Source of the DNA: a virus
DNA length: 64,000 bases
Virus record (IMG/VR): IMGVR_UViG_3300033997_000035
Coordinates: 1-64,000 of that record
Direction: 5' to 3' (one strand)
Shown here: one piece after another, positions 26,424-34,766 of the stretch
How the letters are laid out: each line of letters starts with the position of its first letter
Position numbering within the stretch: the first letter of the stretch is position 1
The notes under the pieces: model-generated
What the model was told of the DNA's origin: nothing
What the model saw: the letters and a program-made list of their open reading frames with translations, nothing else
Databases searched by the model: none
Made by a program: the position numbers and the translations under genes

Positions 26424-26669
26424 TTAATCTAAATAAACCGTTAAAATTCTTTTATTACTCTCGAATCCATCAAAATATACCTCTCCATAGAAAGCTTCCT
26501 TCATGTGGCCGAATGTAACACCATATCCATTGGATGCCTCATAGTACTCAACTTTTATAGCATCATAACCGAACACACTTTTATTAAGTATATAGTAATT
26601 GTGGTTGTAGTAGCTAAGTAGATTATCGTGGATAGCATCTTTGTTTAGGTCAATTGTTAGTTCCACCAC
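26424..26669 (-). CDS. hypothetical protein
   Basis: GTG start 4 nt after AAAGGAG is preferred over the long overlapping start. Confidence 0.45.
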   Translation of the reverse strand: MVELTIDLNKDAIHDNLLSYYNHNYYILNKSVFGYDAIKVEYYEASNGYGVTFGHMKEAFYGEVYFDGFESNKRILTVYLD

Positions 26670-26934
26670 TAATCTCCTTTTCCACCTTATCAATTCTCTC
26701 CCACATGGTATCTTCACTTATGTCGTCAGACAGGAAGTAATCTACATGATTTAGAACCTTATGACAATAGTTTAGTTCCATAATCACATCCTCAACCGTA
26801 GTCTTCAACCTACCACAATTATTTACGTAGGGGATTAAATATCCATCATTTTCTAGTGCGGATACCAGAATATCCAATTGCTCGGACAAGCTCGCTAGTT
26901 GTCCATCATAGTATCCAAAATACCCACCTGACAT
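26650..26934 (-). CDS. hypothetical protein
   Basis: ATG at 26934 is 7 nt after GAGAGGGGG and directly after the upstream TGA. Confidence 0.5.
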   Translation of the reverse strand: MSGGYFGYYDGQLASLSEQLDILVSALENDGYLIPYVNNCGRLKTTVEDVIMELNYCHKVLNHVDYFLSDDISEDTMWERIDKVEKEISGGTNN

Positions 26935-26935
26935 A

Positions 26936-27574
26936 TCAATACCCCCTCTCAGCGCCCATAGAAACTTCTTCTGGAGGCACAAATTTACCTAATACATAAT
27001 CTGGCCGTCTCTGGTCTGGTTGGACACATACCGCAAGAATTCTCCAACCTTCATGTAGCTTAGACTGCAATACATCTGTGCAGATATCCTCGCACAACAT
27101 AGTCTGGTTGTATTGAGATAGTGCTGCACCACCTGCATGTAAATTACACTTAGTATTGAATGTATTCTCAGATAACCGTTCAAGTTGAGATTGATACTTT
27201 TCCATAATCTGCATCGTCTTAAGAAAATACATTTCCGCTTGGTCTGCACCTGTAGCAACATCTACCTCAATTTCAAAACTCTCTACCACCTTGAAGTGTT
27301 CCTGCCCTACCATTACAAATTTAACCAATTCACTATCCTGCACAGTGACATCACAGTCATCATATTTAGGATAGGTTAATTTGGTGGTTTCTTCATTCTC
27401 AGGGCTAACAAGAGTTAACCAATCTTCATTGGAAATGCATTTAGGTCTAGTCCACTTTGATAGGTAATCACTAAGCTTACCACTCTTCTCAAAGTAGGGT
27501 AATAGGTCTTTGTGCAACTCTTCTTTGAAACCTCCAAGTAGCCTTACTCTATGTAGTCTAGTTTTGGTTAGCAT
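26936..27574 (-). CDS. hypothetical protein
   Basis: 212-aa ORF with GAGGAGG RBS. Confidence 0.6.
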   Translation of the reverse strand: MLTKTRLHRVRLLGGFKEELHKDLLPYFEKSGKLSDYLSKWTRPKCISNEDWLTLVSPENEETTKLTYPKYDDCDVTVQDSELVKFVMVGQEHFKVVESFEIEVDVATGADQAEMYFLKTMQIMEKYQSQLERLSENTFNTKCNLHAGGAALSQYNQTMLCEDICTDVLQSKLHEGWRILAVCVQPDQRRPDYVLGKFVPPEEVSMGAERGY

Positions 27575-27727
27575 TTATACCTCCTCGCTACTAATACATT
27601 CCATTTTAATGAACATGTTGCTGAAAAATTCTAGTGCTTTATCCACATCTTTGCCGCAGTATTGCACATCAAAGAACTCACCACTCTTTAAATGAAACTG
27701 TGCTTCAAATGTGGGTTGTAAGTCAGA

Positions 27728-27910
27728 CTACAAGCTTCGTGGTATATTCTTAATACCTGCAAAATTATACAAGACACGGGTAACATAGTAAAGTTTCTGT
27801 CCGTGTTCGCCTCTTACGCAGGTTTGGTAAGAACACTCTGAACTAGGGTGATTGAAATCATCTTTGAATTTATTCCATCCAAGTTGTGACAGTTTAGTTT
27901 CTATTTTCAT
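27728..27910 (-). CDS. hypothetical protein
   Basis: 60-aa ORF with GGAGGG RBS. Confidence 0.45.
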   Translation of the reverse strand: MKIETKLSQLGWNKFKDDFNHPSSECSYQTCVRGEHGQKLYYVTRVLYNFAGIKNIPRSL

Positions 27911-27920
27911 ACTACCCTCC

Positions 27921-28430
27921 TCAAATCCACATCTGATTTACATCATAATCAGGATTGTTTAAATTGTCAAGCTCATGTAGTGCTCGCATGTGATCCTGTT
28001 GCGCAGAACAGATTTTGTATTCTGCTGCTTCAATTTTAGCTCGCACATGCCGCTTCATCTTCTCACGTGAACGCTCAGCGTCCTTCCTAATGTAGAGACA
28101 TTTGCCCCAATTCTTACTATGGTTGGAATGTAGGCGATTCAATATGTCGCAGTCATCATAATATTTGAGGTCATTTTCATAGCATTCACGATAGTCGTTA
28201 ATGTTACCCATAAGGGACAATAACACAGTATTTTCGTCTAATGTGTAAGAATTGGAACCTTCTCCCATGCTCCAAAATAAGTCCTTGAAGTGTTCTCCAT
28301 CCCATACACACATACAACTCTTACACCAATATGTAAATTCACATTTCTCTGTAGAATCGTCATACTGCCAACGAAAATGGTCACCCTCACGTAATGTATG
28401 TGTTTCAAGTAGCTGTTTTAATGGTTTCAT
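27921..28430 (-). CDS. hypothetical protein
   Basis: ATG at 28430 after GGAGGAG. Confidence 0.55.
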   Translation of the reverse strand: MKPLKQLLETHTLREGDHFRWQYDDSTEKCEFTYWCKSCMCVWDGEHFKDLFWSMGEGSNSYTLDENTVLLSLMGNINDYRECYENDLKYYDDCDILNRLHSNHSKNWGKCLYIRKDAERSREKMKRHVRAKIEAAEYKICSAQQDHMRALHELDNLNNPDYDVNQMWI

Positions 28431-28431
28431 A

Positions 28432-28683
28432 TTACTCCTCCTCTCCATGATAGTGGTTATAATCATAATCATCTTCATACCACCAATCTTCTACATCACT
28501 CCACGCACCACAGCAACACTCCGATGGTTCGTGTGCTGCACAATAACACCCATCTTCCACTTCACCTGTGCCATGACAAATATAGCAATCTTCCCATCCT
28601 ACAACATTCTCTGATGTGTCATCAGCAAGAGAATATATAGGTTCCTTTCCATCTACACAGTGTAAGTTGTAGCAAGGTCTCAT
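28432..28683 (-). CDS. small Cys-rich protein with DnaJ-type CxxCxGxG zinc-finger motif
   Basis: CYICHGTGEVEDGCYCAAHEPSECCCG. Confidence 0.5.
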   Translation of the reverse strand: MRPCYNLHCVDGKEPIYSLADDTSENVVGWEDCYICHGTGEVEDGCYCAAHEPSECCCGAWSDVEDWWYEDDYDYNHYHGEEE

Positions 28684-28726
28684 ATTACTTAACTCCTAAC
28701 ATTCGTTTAGCCATCTTCAACTTCAT

Positions 28727-28945
28727 CTATTCTTCCTCCTTGTTCAGCACTTTGTAGACCTCTTCGAACACTACACTAAGGATAGTTGTAATGATTATGA
28801 ACCCTAACATAGTTAATACACCAATTAAAGGGTTGTCAACTATCAATGCTACTAAAAACGGAAAACATACCAACTCCAGCACAGAGAACTTAGCCTCTGT
28901 AATCTTGTGCCCAATCCATATCAGGGCTTTAAATACTTTATTCAT
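28727..28945 (-). CDS. small membrane protein (2 TM)
   Basis: Hydrophobic segments LELVCFPFLVALIV and LTMLGFIIITTILSVVF. Confidence 0.5.
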   Translation of the reverse strand: MNKVFKALIWIGHKITEAKFSVLELVCFPFLVALIVDNPLIGVLTMLGFIIITTILSVVFEEVYKVLNKEEE

Positions 28946-29083
28946 TTACAAATCCTCCAAATCAAATTTACTCAAATATATCACATTACAGTCTTGATAC
29001 CAATACCACACATGTGTTGCAACAAGTTTTCTGTTATAACAAACCTTGGTATGGTAAGTTAATGTTATATCACCTATATGCAT
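28946..29083 (-). CDS. hypothetical small protein (45 aa)
   Basis: GAGGAAG RBS; the stop abuts the downstream ATG. First gene of the leftward early operon. Confidence 0.4.
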   Translation of the reverse strand: MHIGDITLTYHTKVCYNRKLVATHVWYWYQDCNVIYLSKFDLEDL

Positions 29084-29201
29084 CTCACATCTTCCTCATT
29101 TCCTAATGTCTGCACACATATTATGCAAACCAAACTACCTTGTCAACAAAATGATTCCAATATTGTGAAAATAATTCTTTGAACTTTTCTTATAAGATGT
29201 G

Positions 29202-29230
29202 TTGACATCCTCGTAGTGTGGGAGTACTAT
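29202..29230 (+). promoter_or_regulatory. promoter TTGACA-N17-TACTAT
   Basis: Opens the rightward 29.3-43.2 kb gene block, in the divergent region shared with the leftward operon. Confidence 0.6.
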
Positions 29231-29269
29231 AGGTGCAGATAGGTTGACATCAGACAAAGGAGGCACAAC

Positions 29270-29512
29270 ATGAAAGACTTAGAATATTTGAACACACGTA
29301 TTGACGAGATTTACCAACTCACCGATCCAGAATTTCACAAGGATGATGCGACGGTAGCTGAGAAGTTGTGGTGTATTGAATCTACTGTATCTGGGTTGGA
29401 AATGGCCTGTCAGGATTGGCAAGATATTTTTATGTTTATTAGTAAGAAGTTCAACATTGATTGGATGGAACTTGTCAATGAATACGAACAGAGTAAGAAG
29501 GAGAGAGTGTAA
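29270..29512 (+). CDS. hypothetical protein
   Basis: 80-aa ORF with AAGGAGG RBS. Confidence 0.55.
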   Translation: MKDLEYLNTRIDEIYQLTDPEFHKDDATVAEKLWCIESTVSGLEMACQDWQDIFMFISKKFNIDWMELVNEYEQSKKERV

Positions 29513-29514
29513 CT

Positions 29515-29838
29515 ATGATCATCAACATTAACACCACGCCAAACGCTCTAGAATGCATCCTAAGCCACGTTCTAGATGAGGCAATACGTTCATATACCCA
29601 ACACCATAAAACTCAACACGGAGGCTCCAGAGATGCTTACGCACATGCGTTCAACGTAGCTTACGGTGTGTTACACCATTTGAGTAAATGTGTGGTGAAG
29701 GATTACTTAAGTCGAGATATGCGTCTACAATGGGAGAAGGTGGATGTGTATTACAAACACATTAATAATGTGCAATGTGTTGACACATCGGAATGGGTGT
29801 GGTGTAATAGTCTCAATGACAACAAAGAGGAGAAATAG
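29515..29838 (+). CDS. hypothetical protein
   Basis: 107-aa ORF. Confidence 0.55.
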   Translation: MIININTTPNALECILSHVLDEAIRSYTQHHKTQHGGSRDAYAHAFNVAYGVLHHLSKCVVKDYLSRDMRLQWEKVDVYYKHINNVQCVDTSEWVWCNSLNDNKEEK

Positions 29839-29839
29839 T

Positions 29840-30403
29840 ATGAAGGAATTAACTAAACTTGAAGCAGGCAAGACATATGTGTTTAAGGATGAACTGGCAT
29901 GTATCCTTTGGTCTGACATAGATGAGAATGACTACATAAGAAGCGAGTTTTATGACGATGGTTTTGCCATAGATGAAGTGTATGATGGTGACGGCTATAT
30001 CTGGGATAATTGTATAATCATTGCGGATGAACTAAAATACTTCAAACTTAAAGAGGAGGAAACTATGCACCAGCCTAAACATATTCGCCCAGAGGATGAA
30101 GTGACGATTACAACTACATATGGTGAGTTGGCGGTAGCTCTATACTTCCTAGGGGAAGTGGCGCAGCCTTACGGTCAACAACTCTATAACCAACTTCTTG
30201 AGGTTTTTAACCTAGAGTATGCCGACTTCACCTCCTTAGTTGATGACGAACTCAACTTTTACAGAGTAAAAAGTGAAGTGTATGCAACATTATTCCCAGA
30301 ACCAACTCCTGTGGAATCACCAACACAACGTAAAGTGCGTGATTTACGTGAACAAGCAGAATTATTGTTGGCTAAGGCGAGAGAATTAGAGGAGAGTGTG
30401 TGA
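29840..30403 (+). CDS. hypothetical protein
   Basis: ATG after AAGAGGAG; the longer start in the track overlaps the upstream gene. Confidence 0.55.
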   Translation: MKELTKLEAGKTYVFKDELACILWSDIDENDYIRSEFYDDGFAIDEVYDGDGYIWDNCIIIADELKYFKLKEEETMHQPKHIRPEDEVTITTTYGELAVALYFLGEVAQPYGQQLYNQLLEVFNLEYADFTSLVDDELNFYRVKSEVYATLFPEPTPVESPTQRKVRDLREQAELLLAKARELEESV

Positions 30404-30702
30404 TGAATAAAGCATTAAAACAAAAGTTAAAGTTTTACAACAAGGTGTTACGTATTGCACGTGATAATGATATGTATATGAAAGATGTCATTACTTTATA
30501 CAATACGATCCACACAAGCAAACGCATGTCAAAACTTGAGAAGAAGTATGGGTTGGTGTTTGATTGGGAGAACAAGAGCCACTTTTTAGGTAGAATTTAC
30601 CTAGTTCCATTATGCACAGTCACCAAAGGTAAGAAGGTTAGTTTGAAGAAGTCTCGAAGTATTAATAAAGAACAATACGAAGCTGAAAGTTTAGAGGTTT
30701 AA
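30400..30702 (+). CDS. hypothetical basic protein
   Basis: 100-aa ORF with ATGA overlap. Confidence 0.55.
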   Translation: MMNKALKQKLKFYNKVLRIARDNDMYMKDVITLYNTIHTSKRMSKLEKKYGLVFDWENKSHFLGRIYLVPLCTVTKGKKVSLKKSRSINKEQYEAESLEV

Positions 30703-30705
30703 CCA

Positions 30706-30873
30706 ATGACAGAAACTTCTAAACGTAAACAAGAAATCAATATGCGCCTAGCGTTCCTCGGTGACTATATTCGGGAGTTGACACAGGAACTGGATGTGTC
30801 TAAGATGGAAGTGTTAAAGTTGGTTAGCGAACTTGAGAAATTAGAGAAGGGGGGTAACTATGTTTACAGCTAA
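30706..30873 (+). CDS. hypothetical small coiled-coil protein (55 aa)
   Basis: Below the ORF-track cutoff; fills the gap between neighbours. Confidence 0.4.
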   Translation: MTETSKRKQEINMRLAFLGDYIRELTQELDVSKMEVLKLVSELEKLEKGGNYVYS

Positions 30874-31117
30874 AGATATGTATAAAGCAATACATGATAA
30901 CTCAAACCTAAAGGGTGATATCGTGGATGTGTGGTTGCAGGAGGTTGTGCTGCCAAGTAAACTAAAGGGTGGTTATGAATCCGCCTTTGATTGCCCTGAA
31001 GGATTAACATTGAAAGAAATAGAGGTATTGTTAAAGGTGAGAGGCTTTGATGTGAAAACTTGGAGTGACCATCAGGGAAGTTTTGTTTCAGTAAAAATTC
31101 CACCACAAGGAGAGTAA
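30860..31117 (+). CDS. hypothetical protein
   Basis: 85-aa ORF. Confidence 0.55.
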   Translation: MFTAKDMYKAIHDNSNLKGDIVDVWLQEVVLPSKLKGGYESAFDCPEGLTLKEIEVLLKVRGFDVKTWSDHQGSFVSVKIPPQGE

Positions 31118-31119
31118 TT

Positions 31120-31839
31120 ATGTCAGATACAACTAGCTTAGGTGATCGTATGAAAGAGTACGAGAGGGTTACCACCTCTCAGAAATTAATGTCTCGCACG
31201 CCTATTATCATTCGATTAGACGGTAAAGCTTTTCATACATATACTAAAGGTTGCAAAAAGCCTTATGACAGAGACTTACATGAAGTTCGTCAACACACGT
31301 TGATGTATTTATGCGAGAATATTCAAGGTGTAGTTTTTGGTTACTCTCAGTCGGATGAGCTGTCTCTGGTTTTAAAAGATTGGGACACTTTCCAAACGCA
31401 AGGTTGGTTTGATAACAAACTACAGAAGCTTTGCAGTGTTAGTGCCAGCATGTGCACAGCTTATTGGAATGAGAGGGTATTGACGGTGACCTACGGTTTG
31501 CATAATAAAGTGTCTGACGTGGCTATTTTTGATTCAAGGGTGTTTAACTTACCAAAAGAAGAAGTTGTTAACTATCTAGTTTGGAGACAACAAGATTGGG
31601 AACGTAACAGTGTCCAAATGTTAGCACAGAGTTTATATTCACATAAGGAACTCCAAGGGTTGTCATGTAAGCAACTTGTCACAAAGGTTGAAGAGGAACA
31701 CGATATTGTATGGGGTAATTTACCTACTCACCAGAAACGTGGGGAGTTTTGGATTCGAGGGGAAGGCTTAGTCGATACACCTATCTTCAAGGACTCTAGA
31801 CAAGAGTTAGAACAATTACTATACAAGCAAGGAGAATAA
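31120..31839 (+). CDS. Thg1-like protein (tRNA-His guanylyltransferase family, 3'-5' nucleotidyltransferase)
   Basis: IIRLDGKAFHTY, KPYDRDL, GYSQSDELSLVL and FDSRVFNLP..EVVNYLVWRQQDWERNS match the Thg1 signature blocks (VVRLDGRNFHRF, KPND, YGQSDEYSFVF, FDGRV...YLSWRQ.D...NN). Confidence 0.88.
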   Translation: MSDTTSLGDRMKEYERVTTSQKLMSRTPIIIRLDGKAFHTYTKGCKKPYDRDLHEVRQHTLMYLCENIQGVVFGYSQSDELSLVLKDWDTFQTQGWFDNKLQKLCSVSASMCTAYWNERVLTVTYGLHNKVSDVAIFDSRVFNLPKEEVVNYLVWRQQDWERNSVQMLAQSLYSHKELQGLSCKQLVTKVEEEHDIVWGNLPTHQKRGEFWIRGEGLVDTPIFKDSRQELEQLLYKQGE

Positions 31840-31841
31840 CA

Positions 31842-32018
31842 ATGAATGAGTCAACATTAGTGAAAGTGACATTGGAGTTACCAGCAGAAGTGGTGGCGTA
31901 TTTTGATGATATGGGAGCTGCATGTATTCTGCTTGGCGCTGAGAAAGGTGGGGAAGAACTTATGCGTGGCTTGCTATGGGAACATTATATCAATGAGTGT
32001 GGTGAGGAATACCTATGA
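31842..32018 (+). CDS. hypothetical small protein (58 aa)
   Basis: Below the ORF-track cutoff; AAGGAG RBS. Confidence 0.4.
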   Translation: MNESTLVKVTLELPAEVVAYFDDMGAACILLGAEKGGEELMRGLLWEHYINECGEEYL

Positions 32019-32299
32019 CAACAAAAACAATATCCTTCGCCAAAGATACATTTGATGTAATTGCCACTGTGCAACACACTCGTCCGTATGCAAAATGGAT
32101 TGCTGATAGTGATAATGATTATTATGGAGAGTATGAAATTCTTGACATGATGGTGTTCAATGGCGGAATTCCTGTTGACAAACACAGTGTATCATGGGAA
32201 GATGTGATTCGAGAGTTTGAATTTGTTGTGGAGACACAGCAGGTGGGGTATCAAGAATACTTGGAAGATGACTATTGGGAGGATGAAGATTATGATTAG
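32015..32299 (+). CDS. hypothetical acidic protein
   Basis: 94-aa ORF with ATGA overlap. Confidence 0.55.
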   Translation: MTTKTISFAKDTFDVIATVQHTRPYAKWIADSDNDYYGEYEILDMMVFNGGIPVDKHSVSWEDVIREFEFVVETQQVGYQEYLEDDYWEDEDYD

Positions 32300-32531
32300 T
32301 ATACCAAAACTTCTTGGCTACATTGAGATCATTGATGCAGCAGATACATACTTAGTGGAAGGTAGTCAGCTTCCTGTCTATGTGACAGGTGAACTAGACA
32401 TGTATGTCGCGGATGGGTGTGCAACTGAGCACCCATGCGAACACTCGATTGCTGAGCTACACGAGGATGGCGTAGTGTTTAAGTTTATTACGGATGGTGA
32501 GATTTCCTTACGTAAAACATACCCAATCTAA
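32292..32531 (+). CDS. hypothetical protein
   Basis: ATG at 32292 after GAGGATGAAG. Confidence 0.5.
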   Translation: MISIPKLLGYIEIIDAADTYLVEGSQLPVYVTGELDMYVADGCATEHPCEHSIAELHEDGVVFKFITDGEISLRKTYPI

Positions 32532-32564
32532 CGCAATAGGACGCATACTAAGAGGAGAATTTAT

Positions 32565-32786
32565 ATGTCGGAGGGTTATATTGTCAAAGTGGATAAAGTG
32601 GCTCATTTTGGTGCTGAGGAGCTTATAGCATGGGTGGATACATACTGTCATGATTATAATGATGGGACTGATTTACATCAGCTATTTGCGGATAGATTGC
32701 ACATGTCTAGGATTAGCGCTAAGACTCTGGCACATCGGATTGCGTTTAGTGTAGGTGTAGGGTTGCGGAATTTGGGGCATTGTTGA
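32565..32786 (+). CDS. hypothetical protein
   Basis: 73-aa ORF with AGAGGAG RBS. Confidence 0.5.
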   Translation: MSEGYIVKVDKVAHFGAEELIAWVDTYCHDYNDGTDLHQLFADRLHMSRISAKTLAHRIAFSVGVGLRNLGHC

Positions 32787-32861
32787 GATAGTCACCTTCA
32801 CAAAGCTAATTTGTGAGAGTTGGCTTTATAAAGCATGATAATATAACAGGAGGTATATGTA

Positions 32862-34754
32862 GTGAGTGAAAGAGAAAAGGGTGATTTTATTGGACATTTT
32901 CATTGTGTGGCAAATGAATTTGATAACAAGGACAGTTGCTCTAGTAGTGACGGTTTAGCTATTTACATGAAACTTGACGACTCCGACAATAAATACTTTG
33001 ACGGGTATTGTTGGGTGTGTCATCAAGCATTCCATAGAAATGAGATTAACAACAGTTCATTGGCTACTGAATTAGGTTTAGACCCGAATGGTGTGAGCGT
33101 AAAAGAGTTCACTGTGAAACCTAAAGAACTACCGTTGACAACTGAACATATTCAGGAATTGAAACAGAGTGTTGGGTTCACTGACAAACCATATAGGTCA
33201 TTAAAACCTGAATGGTTGCGACATTTTGGTTTTATGGTAAAGCGCGATTCGAACGGTAATCCGTTGCAGGTATATTATCCAGAGACTGAATCAAACAAAG
33301 TTACTGGGTTTAAAATCAGGGTTATTCCCAAGAACTTCAATAAGATTGGTCGAACTGGTCTGAGTAGTCAACTAGGTGGTCAATTCAGATACAAGTCACC
33401 AACTCGACGATTGTTGATATTAGGTTCTGAAAATGACGGTGTTGCTGCTTGGGGTATGTTAAAAGAATATTATGATGGTAAGGGGTATGGTGATTATGAA
33501 AACGTGCATGTAGTGTGGGGGACTTGTGGTGAAGGTAGTTTGTTTAAACAATGTTCTGCACAATATGATTTCATTGATGGGTATGAAGAAGTTTATATTG
33601 GTATGGATACTGACCATGCTGGTGATGAAGCACTTGCAAAGTGTTTGAAAGTTTTACCTGCTAACAAAGTTAAGATTTGCAAATGGACACTGAAAGACCC
33701 ACATGAAATGCTTGAAAAGGGTAGAACTGGTCAATTTATACGTGACTTCTTCAATGCGAAGGATTTTATTGATAGTGGTATTAAATCTGCCGCTGATGCT
33801 ATTTCAGAAGTTGAAGAGTTTTTAACTGCACCTAAAATCACATTACCTCCATACTTACATAAGTTACAGGAGAATATGAGAGGGGGTATTAAGTCAACTG
33901 GTGCCATTATTAATATCATCGGCGATACATCGATAGGAAAGTCGTTCTTCAGCGATAACTTAGAAATGCATTGGTTCTTCAACAGCCCATTGGTTCCTAC
34001 AATTATCAGCTTAGAACGCACCGCTGGTGAACTACTAACGGACATGTATTCTTTGTATCTGAAAAAGAACTTGACTTGGTTCAAAGATGGACATGACGCT
34101 GTTGAATATTTACATAAGCCCGAAGTAAAGGATTTATGTGAATATCTTGTCTATAATGAGGACGGCAAGAGTCGTTTCTATATCATTGATGAACGCGATG
34201 GTAGTATTACTACACTTAAAAAACAAGTGGATAAGGCTATTAAAAAGTATGGTAGTAAATTGATAGTATTTGACCCACTCACCGATTTCCTTCGATCTTT
34301 AGGTAATGAAGCACAGGAGGAATTCATGATGTATCAGAAGATGATGAAAAAGGATGGTATTGTATTTGTCAACGTATTACATACCCGTAAGCCCCCATCA
34401 TCAAAAGATGGAGATTTTAGAAAAGTTTCCGAGTATGAGGTATTAGGTAGTGGATCATTCATTCAAAGTAGTGATATTAACATTGTACTGAATCGCAATA
34501 AAATGGCTGAAGACCCAATCGAACGTAATACCACTATAGTAGATATGCCTAAATGTCGTGGTGGGGTTACAGGGGAGGCATGTAAACTTTATTATGATCA
34601 AGAAACTCGACAGCAGTATGATTTGGATGATTATTTTTCATCACCTAGGCAACAAAACCCTAATGTTAAAGAAGACGTTGTTAAAAATCCACTTTCTTCA
34701 CCTAATAACATAGTAACAGAGGATGAAAACGGTGTTGTTGAATCAACATTTTAA
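32862..34754 (+). CDS. bifunctional DNA primase-helicase (T7 gp4-like)
   Basis: N-terminal Cys/His zinc motif (HCV...CWVCH), Toprim DTDHAGDEA, Walker A IIGDTSIGKS, Walker B LIVFDPLTD. Confidence 0.8.
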   Translation: MSEREKGDFIGHFHCVANEFDNKDSCSSSDGLAIYMKLDDSDNKYFDGYCWVCHQAFHRNEINNSSLATELGLDPNGVSVKEFTVKPKELPLTTEHIQELKQSVGFTDKPYRSLKPEWLRHFGFMVKRDSNGNPLQVYYPETESNKVTGFKIRVIPKNFNKIGRTGLSSQLGGQFRYKSPTRRLLILGSENDGVAAWGMLKEYYDGKGYGDYENVHVVWGTCGEGSLFKQCSAQYDFIDGYEEVYIGMDTDHAGDEALAKCLKVLPANKVKICKWTLKDPHEMLEKGRTGQFIRDFFNAKDFIDSGIKSAADAISEVEEFLTAPKITLPPYLHKLQENMRGGIKSTGAIINIIGDTSIGKSFFSDNLEMHWFFNSPLVPTIISLERTAGELLTDMYSLYLKKNLTWFKDGHDAVEYLHKPEVKDLCEYLVYNEDGKSRFYIIDERDGSITTLKKQVDKAIKKYGSKLIVFDPLTDFLRSLGNEAQEEFMMYQKMMKKDGIVFVNVLHTRKPPSSKDGDFRKVSEYEVLGSGSFIQSSDINIVLNRNKMAEDPIERNTTIVDMPKCRGGVTGEACKLYYDQETRQQYDLDDYFSSPRQQNPNVKEDVVKNPLSSPNNIVTEDENGVVESTF

Positions 34755-34766
34755 TTGGAGGATTTA

